In this document: piece after piece, positions 45,556 to 56,410 of the stretch
How the letters are laid out: every line of letters begins with the position of its first letter
Position numbering within the stretch: position 1 is the first letter of the stretch
Source: Selaginella moellendorffii
Taxonomy: Eukaryota > Plantae > Lycopodiophyta
Length of the DNA stretch: 64,000 nt
Direction: 5' to 3'
Assembly (NCBI RefSeq): GCF_000143415.4
Contig: NW_003314280.1
Location: 922,235 to 986,234 of the forward strand
Position numbers and translations under genes: made by a program
Notes under the pieces: model-generated
What the model was told of the DNA's origin: nothing
The model's database searches: none
Seen by the model: the letters and a program-made list of their open reading frames with translations, nothing else

Positions 45556-46715
45556 TGCAAGATTTTCCTTTCAGAGCAATTCTTTTCCATCTGATTCAAT
45601 TCACTGAAGTTTCAATTAGTGTTCATGGAGTGGAACACCAAAACTCGTGCATGAGTGCTGTGTGGATGTAAGAGCAACCTCAACAGCTTTGCAGCATGTC
45701 CAGGAGAGAGGATTTTTAACCTAATTTTCAGTACTGATTTCCTTTGGAATTATTCAGAGATGAAGTAGCCCATTATGAAGCATGAAACCAAAACATTTGG
45801 AAGTGCTTTGTTACAATGTTCGCACCTATGGTGAGAATATATAAAGATAGAGTAATGCACCATCTTTGTTAAAATGCAGAGAAACAGTCTGCTTTCGTTT
45901 GTATGATGAAGACGTATCTCATTATGCCTTGCTTAGTTATTTAACTATTACTTATTGGAGTTTTCCACCACATAAGCGCTGAGATTTTCCATGATGTATA
46001 GTGGATTGATATTGGAGTTAAAGGGGATGCCAGGTGACTTATAAATGTCTGGAAGTTAAACGTTTCAACTGACCCGTTTTGAAATACGGACAAGGAGTTG
46101 CTGGAACTTCGGCATTCCATCCGACCCATCTTGAAACAGACTTTTTTATGGACTCTAGCTTTTAGAAAAGAATCAACGTGAATCCCCCACCAGATACAAC
46201 AGTTTAGAAATCCTTTTTCACCAGCATCACCATCGGGTTTGCTTTCAGGGCCACCTCGCACAAAGCTGGGATCTTGGATCAATGCAGGACCAAACAATGT
46301 TCTTCACATAAACTGTGCTTATAAGTTTTCCTTATCTAGAACGGGCCATGGCCAAGCTTCTTCTGAAGTTCTCAAGAATGGACATTGCATAGCTTCAGGC
46401 CATAACCAAGGAAATATCGAGGCTTCCCTGGAATTTTCCAAAAGCTTTTACAAGATTTTTTTTTTACTATTAATGCACGTCAACACTTTAAATAAAAGAA
46501 AAAAATACTCTGAGTGCATGGAATATTTGGACCTCACATGTATAGAAATAATTTTTTAAAAGAAAAGTCAATGAGCTCTCAAGAAATAAAATACATATCT
46601 AGAAGTGAAAGAAATGATTGTACTTAACTTACTAAAAGAACATAATAATAAAAAAGATATAGATAAAATACATTAACATAACAAATCCGGTTTTGTGTTT
46701 GTTTCTCGCTCTGCA

Positions 46716-47450
46716 GGAGGATGAAGCTGTCGCTTACTTGAAGCATACATCAGGCAAAACCGAAGAGGGGTGTCGATTACGTGCAAGGAGGATCCAGCAT
46801 TATACTGGCTGGGTGCCGGGGCTGCTTTCGCAATACCTGACGGAAAAATGCGTAGTCGAGCAGACTAGGAGATTGCTGCTAAAAGGTGTTTCGGATGCTT
46901 TGCATTCGGACGAGGTGGCCGAGGTTCTCACAGCTGTCGCAGAAGGGCGTTTGAAATACGAGTTGTCAGACGCTTTGGATTCGGGTGCTACTTCCGAGGG
47001 CAAGATGGCAAGGGCCGCTGCTTGGCACCATCGCTGCTGCATGGCAGCACCATCGCCTACGTAACACAGTGTGCGAGGGAGAAGCTGCTAAGTGCATATT
47101 ACTTCACTGAGCCATTTGGCTGGAACGACTAGCGTATTGGGCTAAGGATGGACGTGATCATGGAGGTCATTATACTGGACGAGAAAGAGCTCCACGAAGA
47201 AGAAGCTGCGAGAGGGGGCACAGAAGAAGATCCTGTACGTCCCAGGCAACCTTAGCCAATGGCTTATTAACAGTGCCATTACTGTCGCTGCCAGTCCAAA
47301 GAGATGCCATCCCAAGACCGAGGAGGTGGGCGAGCGGCTGTTTGACGGAGAAGGGCGGTAAGGGTGCACGGCCTCACTTGAGAGTATTGTCGAAAGACCA
47401 GACGGTTCACGTCTCGTTTGGAGAGCTGCAATGCACTATTCCATAGATGA
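46716..47450 (+). pseudogene. Disrupted gene remnant, possibly the post-NTPase helical region of a STAND/Crinkler-RHS-like protein
   Basis: EDEAVAYL...IQHYTGWVPGLL (GxP-like motif) after a splice acceptor; downstream frames are broken by stops. Confidence 0.35.
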
Positions 47451-48247
47451 GAAGTGTGTGTGTGGGGGGAGGATAAGGATCACAAGTGTCGGATGTGAGC
47501 AGGGATTTTGCCCTGGAAGCGTAACGTGATTTCTGTAGCCAGGCCTATCACAAGAACTGTGTTGGGGTGCAGGAGGAGCCATGGTTTTGTCTAGATTGCA
47601 GGATGGAGATGGGGAATTGATGATGAAGAAGATCGAGTGATGATGAAGACAGTAAGATCGACAATGATGTTTAAGTGTATCGAGACTTGAAAAATTTCTA
47701 TATATCGTGAGCTCCGAGTATCTTGTTCTGGAAAATAAAAAGGATCAACCATCGCCCTTCTACGTTAATTTGTCATCCATTCTTCACGTCGGAGATGCCT
47801 AAAAGGATGTTGAGAGCAGCTCCACCTGATAATTCCTCCTTTGGTTTGAAGGAATGAACATAGGCATCCAGCCTCAGGTGCTCTGAAGGTGATCAATAAA
47901 GCCATCACCAAGTATTTCTTTTGGGAACGAGAAGAGCTGGTCATGAGCTCCCTGCAGCTCCCCTGCCGGGGTGGACTTCGACAGTCGAAGTCGAGCTCGA
48001 TGTACAACACACAAACACAAGTCCAAGAATATTTGCTACCTTGTGTATAGTTGATACACGCAGGAACATAGTGTTGCTTGCATTGCGTTGCATATATACT
48101 TTACCCTTATTGTGTGACCACCACCATCTAGAAGCTATTCCAATTTCTCTAGTTCCTCTCCCATTCAAAAGGAAAGCTCTAAAACGCGAAGACGGTCCCC
48201 GCCTTTGCAAGAGTTGCCCCCTCTTGGGCTCGGCTCTACCATCTTTC

Positions 48248-49042
48248 TCACTTGAGACCGCCAATTATCTTCATCGCTTCTTCTACGTGCCCAGGCAAGC
48301 AGTGCATCAGCGCGTCGTCTCCTTGCTTCATCTTGTTGGAGAGATCCGTGGCGTCGGACGCGTAGCCGTGCTCGGAGTAGGCCCCGATCATCGTCTGCCA
48401 GGAGCAATCGTCCCACAGCGGCATCCTGTCAAACACCTCCCTCCCTTCCAGCAGATACCCTTTCCTGGCAAAGATCTTCACCACCGTGTTCCACGACACC
48501 AGGTCGCGCCCCGGCATCTCCTCGAAGATCGCTTGCGCCCCCGCGACGCGGCCGTGATGGACGTAGCCCGAGAGCAGCGCCGTCCAGGAGAAGACGCTGT
48601 GCTGCGGCATCCTAGAGAGGAGATCTCTGGCGCGATCAAAATGCCCGTACCGGGCATACGCCGAGACGAAGCTCGTCCATGGCTTGACGTCCAGGCCCCG
48701 GGCTCTCGCGAAGACGCCCATCGCCTCGTGGAAGTGGCCCTTGTCCAGATACGCGGCCAGGAGGGCATTGGAGGCGAGGCTGCCATGGGAATCAAGCACC
48801 GCCCGCGCATCCTCGAGGCTCCCACACCGGATGTACATCTCCAGCACCTGGGCCTGGAGATCAGGGAAATGCGGCCCCCCCCTGCCGACGCGATCCTGGA
48901 GCTCGCGCGCCTCGGCGAGATTCGTGACGCTCGCCAGAGATTTCTGGAGAGATTTCAATGCCGCCGCCGAGGATTCCGCTAGAGAAGAAGAGGAGGAAGG
49001 ATCACTCGCAGCTACGGCATGGAGAGCCCGGCATAACCTCAT
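48248..49042 (-). pseudogene. Truncated PLS-class PPR gene
   Basis: EMYIRCGSLEDARAV, FEEMPGRDLVSWN, VFDRMP; collapses at GHVEEA..II with no E/DYW domain. Confidence 0.75.
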
Positions 49043-49342
49043 TCGTGTTAGAACCCTAGATTCGAGGAATATACATGGTTTTCACTTTCTTTTCTTCACC
49101 ATTTTGGTTTAGAACCCTAAGTAGATTCCAATCCATCAACTTTTTCGGCACTGTTTTTTACTTTTTCTCGACTTTTTTTCACTTTTTCTGCGTTACATAA
49201 CGACACATACACCTCCCCCTTTTCTCTCTAAAACGACGATGAAATTTCTTCTTCTGGGACGAGAAAAGATGAAATTTCTTCCAAGCAATCAAATAGCTCA
49301 AATCTCTCTTCCTCTTTCCTATCGCCAAACCATTGCAAATCT

Positions 49343-50417
49343 TTAATCAAAAGCGTCGTCCTCGTCGTCTGGGAGTGGCTGAGCAGCAGCATTATTCATC
49401 TCCTGCTCGTTCCTGTGAAAGAAAAATGGATCCAAGAACGTCAATCGGGACAGAATCTAGAAACAAGGGAACTTACAGTTGCTGGGCAGCAAGATCGATG
49501 TGAACTTCCGGTGGTGCCAACGCAGGAGTCTCGACAAAGTGGAGATTCGCGTCCCTGGATTGGGCAAAAAGAAGAGAATTAGAACTTGAGGTGAACTTGG
49601 GGGTATCTAGAGTTCTACCCAGCAAGCTTCCTGGCGAGATAAAGGAAGGGTTTTTCGAAGTTGTAGTTGCTCTTGGCAGAGATCTCGTAGTACTGGAGGT
49701 TCTTCTTTCTGTGGAAGGTGACCTGCTTGGCCTTGACCTGCCTGTTCTTAACGTCGACCTTGTTTCCGCAGAGAACAATCGGGATGTTCTCACACACCCT
49801 GCGAGATGAGAATGCGTTAGAAAAAACAAAGCCATCGGAAGGGAAAGAGCGAAACTAGCCTGCAAAGATCCCGGTGCCAAGTTGGAACGTTCTTGTATGT
49901 CAAGCGAGCAGTGACATCGAACATGATAATCGCGCACTGGCCATGGATGCTGCAAAAGGAAGTTAAAGCAACGAATCATTAAGGAGTGAAGAGCTTACTA
50001 GTAGCCATCGCGAAGACCACCGAACTTCTCCTGGCCGGCCGTGTCCCAGCAGTAGAAGCGTAGCCTGCCGCAGTTCGTGAAGAAATCGAGAGGATGGACT
50101 TCCACACCCATCGTAGCTGCAAGGAAGAACAGGCATAAGAGATCATCCCAAGAAGAGAGAACCGAGCTTACGTTCGTATTTCTTCTCGAATTCACCAGTC
50201 AAGTGGCGTTTCACAAAGGTCGTCTTCCCTGCCACCGAGAGATCCATAAGAAACCAAGCCAAAAGAGGAAACAAACGAAGCGCTCACCAGTGCCGCCATC
50301 ACCAACGATTACGAGCTTGAAGGAAACCTCTCCAGGGGTTGCCTGACCGGGCATGGCCTGTCGCAAGCAGAGGAACGAAAATCACCAAACAATTCGCGAG
50401 GAAACGGAGCTTACCAT
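49343..50417 (-). CDS. RAN: Ran small GTPase, multi-exon (first exon is ATG only)
   Basis: [61 protein letters not shown]. Confidence 0.98.
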
Positions 50418-50816
50418 CGTCTCCGAGCGATTCGATACGAAGGCGCAGAGATCCGAAGCGCCTAGCACGCCGCCCTCACCGAGCACAACACAAACAAAAC
50501 CCTAGTCTCTTAGGGCTCTTAACCAGAAACTTTTGTCGGTGGATCTTTGCCCACGTGGCAAGTATCGACGGTAGTGGCCACGCTAAAAGCTGAAGTGGTC
50601 CAGTCTAAACCCTAAACCACTAAGAGCCCTAATTTCTTTGCTTGAGCGCCAAGCATCCTATCCGCCCCGCTCGTCGCCGGCGCGCACAAATCTTCACGCG
50701 ACGCGACGCGACGCTCTCCGGATTTCCATCGCGGCGCAGCCGTAGCCGAGGTACATTTCCTGGTTGTAGGTTAACAAAGATTGAGCCGCGCGTGATATTT
50801 CCCCAGCGCTCTCCTC

Positions 50817-52052
50817 ATGGATCGCTATCAGCGAGTGGAGAAGCCACGAGATGAGACATCGATCAGCGAGAATGAAATTCGCATCACGACGCAGGGCAAG
50901 ACGAGAAACTATATCACCTACGCTATCAGCTTGCTCCAGGTAGAAAATTTTCTTCCTCTCTCTTTCCGGAATTCACTTCTCTTTTCACAGGACAAAAGCT
51001 CTGACGTTGTCTTGAAGGCGATGGGCCGTGCAATCAACAAGACTGTCACCATTGCCGAGATTATCAAAGTAGAGAACGAGGTTTATGCGAGCTCGAGGTC
51101 ACTAACAGTCTTTTTCTCGTCCAGAGGAGGGTCGCGGGGCTTCATCAAATCACCACAATCGGCTCCGCGGACTTCACGGATACTTGGGAGCCGCTCGAGG
51201 AAGGACTTGTGCCGTAAGTTGTTGTCTTTGTTTCCAGCTACCTCATGTGACTTACTTTGCTTTCTCATCTTCTAGTCTGGAAACGACTCGGCATGTTTCT
51301 ATGATCAGTATCACACTGTCAAAGACGGAGCTAGACAGCACCTCATCAGGGTGGGCTTTTCTCAATGTTTCATAATCGTTTCTTGACTTGAGAGAACTGT
51401 CACAGATATCAGGCTCCTCTTCCTGCTGATCAAGTGAAGCCGTTGGTGGAGCCGGAATACGACGGAGGTTTAGTTATCTCTGTTTGTTTTTTCTTCGCCT
51501 GACGGCCGTGCACTTCACAGAAGTATCACCTCGAGGAGGCAGAGGCCGAGGCCGGGGGCGCGGACGAGGCAGAGCTCGTGCTGGAGGTACATGTAGTCTC
51601 GAACGCCATTACGTTTGCTGTAATGCATGTAATCTCCAGGGAACGAAGTTGCGGTCGCTGACTACGGTGGTGGCTACGATGCTGGTTGGGGGCGAGGCCG
51701 AGGTGGCCGAGGCCGTGGAAGGGGCCGCGGGTTCCAAGGCCGTGGTAGAGGCTATGCCACGGAGTTTTATCAGAACACCGGGAGGGGAAGAGGAGGCTAC
51801 GGAGACAACGTTTACGAGGACAACCGGGGCCGCGGTCGAGGCGGATACCAACAAGGCCGGGGCCGTGGTGGAGACGAGTACCAGGAAGTGGCGAACGAGG
51901 ACGCCGGAGCAAGGGGCCGAGGTATGCTTTTCGTTTGAGAGAAACGACTGGCTAAGTTGACAACTATGTCTATCACAGGCCGTGGTCGAGGAAGGGCATT
52001 TCGTGGCGGCCGTCGGGGAGGCGGCAGACCCCGCGGAGGATTTCAGGAATAA
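50817..52052 (+). CDS. Alba-domain RNA-binding protein (Rpp25-like) with RGG-rich tail
   Basis: MDRYQRVEKPR, ENEIRITTQG, LKAMGRAINKTV, WEPLEEGL, TRHVSMISITLS, GRGRGRG repeats. Confidence 0.93.
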
Positions 52053-52244
52053 GACGAGATCTCTCTCTCCATACTTCGTGGTAAAGCCTCTCTCCTCTAG
52101 CGGCATCTTTTGTGTTGACATATAGACTAGCTGTGGTGGTAGTCACCCGAGTTTTCTTGCCTCTGACACGTTACAATTTGGAGGTGTTATATTCCTTTCT
52201 TGTTTCTAACTGTACAAAACAAAAGCTTTTTTTACTGGGAAGTT

Positions 52245-53411
52245 TCAGATCACGTAGTCCAGGATCTCGGAGGTGTGATCCATGCTTTGTCCCGGGAAGT
52301 CGCACGGCGGTGGTGGAGTGACTGCCGCTGCGGTGTTGCGAATGATCCTGGCGGGGACTCCGACCGCGGTGCAGTAGCAGGGAACGTCGATGAGGACGAG
52401 CGTGCAAGCGCCGATCTTGGCACCGTCCCCGACTTTGATTGGGCCGAGTAACGTTGCTCCAGCTCCGATGAGGACTCCGTTTCCAACTTTTGGATGCCGG
52501 TCCATGCAGCGGTTGCCAGTCCCGCCAAGCGTGACGTGGTGGAGAATGGAGACGTTGTCGCCGATGGTAGCGGTCTCTCCCACCACTACGCCCGTGGCGT
52601 GGTCGAGAAACATGCCTTTGCCAACTTGAGCTCCTGGAACTTTGGAAGATCATTGCAAGAAGAGACGAGGAGGTTGGAGGACGTACCGGGATGGATGTCA
52701 ACTTGGAAAACTTCGGAGATCCTGTTCTGGAGTGCCAGTGCCAGTCCCGTGCGATCTTGACGCCAGAGCCTGTGAGAGACGCGGTGCGCTTGGCAGGCCA
52801 GGAACCCCTTGTAGTTGAGCATGCCATGGACGTAGCTTGTGCACGCTGGATCCCTCTCTCTGAAAGCCTTCATGTCCTCTCGCATTGCTTCCTAGGTGCC
52901 AAAGTTCTCCACCCATGAGATGAGATGATCTTGGAAGTTTAGAACTTACTTGTATGCTTGTATCAGCCGAGAAAGTCTCCGAGAACAAGGAGAAGAGCTG
53001 GGTGGAAAGGAGCGTCATGTTTGCTAGCTTGTTGGCGAGGTGGAATGCCAAGGATCTCTCCAGCGAGGGATGCGAAAGAACCGTGGCGTAGAGAAAGCTC
53101 GCGAGGTATGGCTCCGCCTGGGATTGCTCCATTGCTTCTATTCTCAACAATTGCCAAATATCCATGTCCTTCTTTGCTAAATCGTCCTGGAAAAAAGATC
53201 AACACCATGAGAAAGGAAAAACTTCAGTCGCTAAAAAGAGAGGACTATTTACTTGCACACCTGCGCAGCACAGGAATTGGCGGCGATCGGCGGCGCCGTG
53301 GCTCCTCGGCCGCATTGAGCAGTGATCTAATCCGGATCGACTCCATTCGATGTGGTTGCGATCGCCGAGTCGGGGCGGAGAGATTGAGAAGCGGAGCGAA
53401 GAAGACGCCAT
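52245..53411 (-). CDS. SAT: Serine O-acetyltransferase, probably organelle-targeted, multi-exon
   Basis: Transit-like N-terminus; EPYLASFLY, ERDPAC, KGFLACQAHR, VDIHPGA, DHATGVVVGET, TLGGTG, DRHPKVG; C-terminal DYVI. Confidence 0.96.
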
Positions 53412-53648
53412 AGATAGAATTAGCTACAGGGAATTAGGGTTAGGGCTCTTTGGCGCCCAGGAATTTCAATCTTCGTGCCCGCGATCGCGGCATTTTGTCT
53501 TCCATTCGCGCCTAGGGTCGGAGCTCGTGATGGATTCTGGAAGCTGATCGGGTTTTTTCATCCAAAGGGGGATTCTAGACCGCAGGAGATGGAAATCTTG
53601 CATTCCGGGATGAAAGATCGCGGGCAGAGGTAGCAGAAATTCGTGGCG

Positions 53649-56352
53649 ATGGCGGTCGGACCGTCATGGGAGGGGCATCACATCTGGGAAGGTTGGGTCA
53701 CGCTAACGCTCATCGGCCTCATGTTGGCAGCTCTAGTGCTAGAAATCGCCCCTCCATACCTCGTCATGACTGGCACCCTCATTCTCTTTTTGCCGCTCAA
53801 CATCCTCACCTTGGATCAAGCTCTTCACGGGTTTGGCGATCACGCGGTGCTCTCGATTGGCGTTCTCTTCATCGTTGCCAAAGGTAGCTCTAAGTTTGTG
53901 ATTGATTGATCGCCCACATTTTTTTCTTCTTTGGTGATTCAGGTATCGAGCAGTCTGGAGGTCTGGAGTACGTCTCTAGGCTGCTCTTCAGAGCCGACGA
54001 TGATAAGAAGGAAGACAATCCAGCGAAACAAGGGAACATCGTCGGAGTGATGCTGAAGTTCACGGTTCCTGTGGCGATTTTTAGTGCGTTCCTGGCCAAT
54101 ATACCACTGGTGGCGATGATGATTCCGCCGATTGTGGAGTTCGCGAAGAAGGTACGCGGCTCTCGTTACCTTTCTCATGCCAGTGTTCCATGGATTCGGT
54201 CCGGTCGTGAAAATGCTTTGTTTGCTTGACTTCATTCATGTAGGTGCATATGGCTCCGTCAAAGCTGCTCATGCCTCTGAGCTTCGCTGCGCTCTTGGGT
54301 GGCACGCTGACATTGATTGGAGCCAGTACAAACCTGGTAGTTGTCTCCCTGGCCGCGAAGAAACTCCCCGAGCTTCAAATGAATCTGTTTGAGATAGCTA
54401 TTGTTGGTTTGCCTGTGACAATTGCTGGGATTTTGTATATGGTTGCTGTGTCCGGCAAGCTTCTTCCAGATCGTCTTGCAATTCAACCAACGACTATAAA
54501 CGTGAGGTGAAGATTTGTCACCAGGAATCCAACATTAAGATGCACATCATATAATTTCGCGGCACTTGACGAACTCACTGAATTTTTTGTACTGCAGGGA
54601 ATATAGCGTTGTATTAGAGGTGAAGGCAACGTCTTCATTGACAAGGAAAACGATTGAGAGGGCTGGTATCAATCGTCAACCAGGGCTCAACCTCGTTCAA
54701 ATACAGAGAGAAGGTGTAGTCACTCCAAATCCTGGGCCAGACTTTGTTATAATGCCCAAAGACAAGCTACACTTTGGTGGTGTTATAGATGCAGTACTTG
54801 GTTTGACACAGTTAGATGGATTGGCTCTTTCAGAGAGTGAGGTACGCTCAAGATTAACAATTTTCTTTTAGACTCGCTCATTTGTTGTGCGCAGGGTGAA
54901 GAGCAAATCGATTTGAATCGGTTGAAGATCAATCAGTGCCTAGTTGAGGCTGTTGTTGCAAGTGGATCTCCGATGGTTCACAAGCGCGTTGCTGACTTGC
55001 AACTCCGAGCACGTTATAAAGCTGCTATAGTTGCTATCCATAGATATGGAGTGCGACTTAGCAGGTAAGCTATCTTCTTCGTACGTCGTTTGTTGCAACT
55101 GTGTTCTTTCTTTATAGTGCGATTGGGGACATAATCTTGGAAGCTGGAGATTCACTTCTTATGGTGGCTGATGGGACAGAGTTCGTTGCGAAGAATCGAA
55201 ATAATTCTACGTTTGCGCTTGTTGCAAAGGTAGCATGCCTACTTTGCTTGTGAAATGTAGTGCCCTTCATAAAGTTCTGATTTTGTGCAGCTGCCAGGAT
55301 TTGTGCCGGTGCAGCGACATAAAGCTGGAATTGCAGCGTTGATTGTTCTCGCTTTTGTGGTTGCAAGTGGCATTGGTGTTGATCTTATCACGGCTGCTTT
55401 GTTCACGGCATTCTTTTTGTTGGCGACGAAGTGTCTGACTCCTAGAGATGCAATGGTATAATATTTGCATTTCTGACAGCATCAGCATCTGACGTCGTTA
55501 TTCTTCTCAAGCTTTACAGGAATCTATAGAATTACCGGTTCTGATTCTGATCGCTTCGTCCTTTGGCATCTCAGAGGCCATGGTCCAGAGTGGTGCAGCA
55601 GATATGGTGGCAAAAGCCCTCATGGGTCTTGCAGGTACCACAAAAGTAAGAACTATCACCCTTCAGAGAATAGGCCGTTGTTACTAACTAATCTTCGTTC
55701 GTGCCTTGCAGTTTGGTCTAATCAGTTGCACATACATTGCAACAACAGTTTTCTCGCTGGCTATCACGAATAACGCTGCTGTGACGATTATGTTCCCAGT
55801 TGCTCTCACAGCGGCTCAGAAAGGAAATCTCGATTTCAGACCGTTTGCCTACACGCTCATGATGGCATCATCGGCAGGGCTGATGACCCCCACTGGCTGT
55901 GCAACAAATCTCATGGTTTACTCCCCGGGTGGCTACAAGTTTGCGGACTACGTTGTTTATGGTGGTCCTATGCAAGTAAGTTCTTCCGTCAACTTAAACA
56001 GGAGTGTCATGTTTAATGCAGATATGGTTACTGGTTGTGACAATTGGAGTGACGGTGACTATAGAATGGTGGTGGGCATGGACCATAGCGATATTTATTA
56101 CCACAGTCGCTACCACACCGATCTGGATGAGACAGGTTCTTCTTCCTCCATTTACGTTCCTCTCCACTGAAGTTTGTTTCGATGCAGCCTTGGAATCTGA
56201 TAAAGTCTGGACCACTTTCCTCTGCCGAAGATCAGGAGGCCGCGGCAACGTCCAGGGGACGCCGGGGCGACGAAGAAAGAGTTTCTCTCACAGGCGGAAG
56301 CAGCAGTCGCGGTAGTACCAGTTCGGCTTTCATGCTGGCGTCGCAACAGTGA
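53649..56352 (+). CDS. SLT/SAC1-type SLC13 (CitM + two TrkA-C domains) putative Na+/sulfate cotransporter, multi-exon
   Basis: WEGWVTL...PPYLV, GIEQSGGL, SAFLANIPLVAMMIP, PSKLLMPLSFAALLGGTLTLIGASTNLVV, two TrkA-C-like cytosolic repeats, ITNNAAVTIMFP, TPTGCATNLMVYSPGGYKFADY..YG. Substrate is inferred. Confidence 0.88.
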
Positions 56353-56410
56353 ATTTGCATTTAGCTGTACATAGCTGAAGCTCATCAAGGTCCTGGAAAG
56401 CTTTTCTTTT

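Noticed and set aside
44185-46300. HET-domain identity for the orphan ORF
   Set aside because: The diagnostic HET motifs (LSYxW, WxDxxCI, RxWxxQE) are not present.
47921-48982. 353 aa plus-strand ORF
   Set aside because: Antisense shadow of the truncated PPR; no independent motifs.
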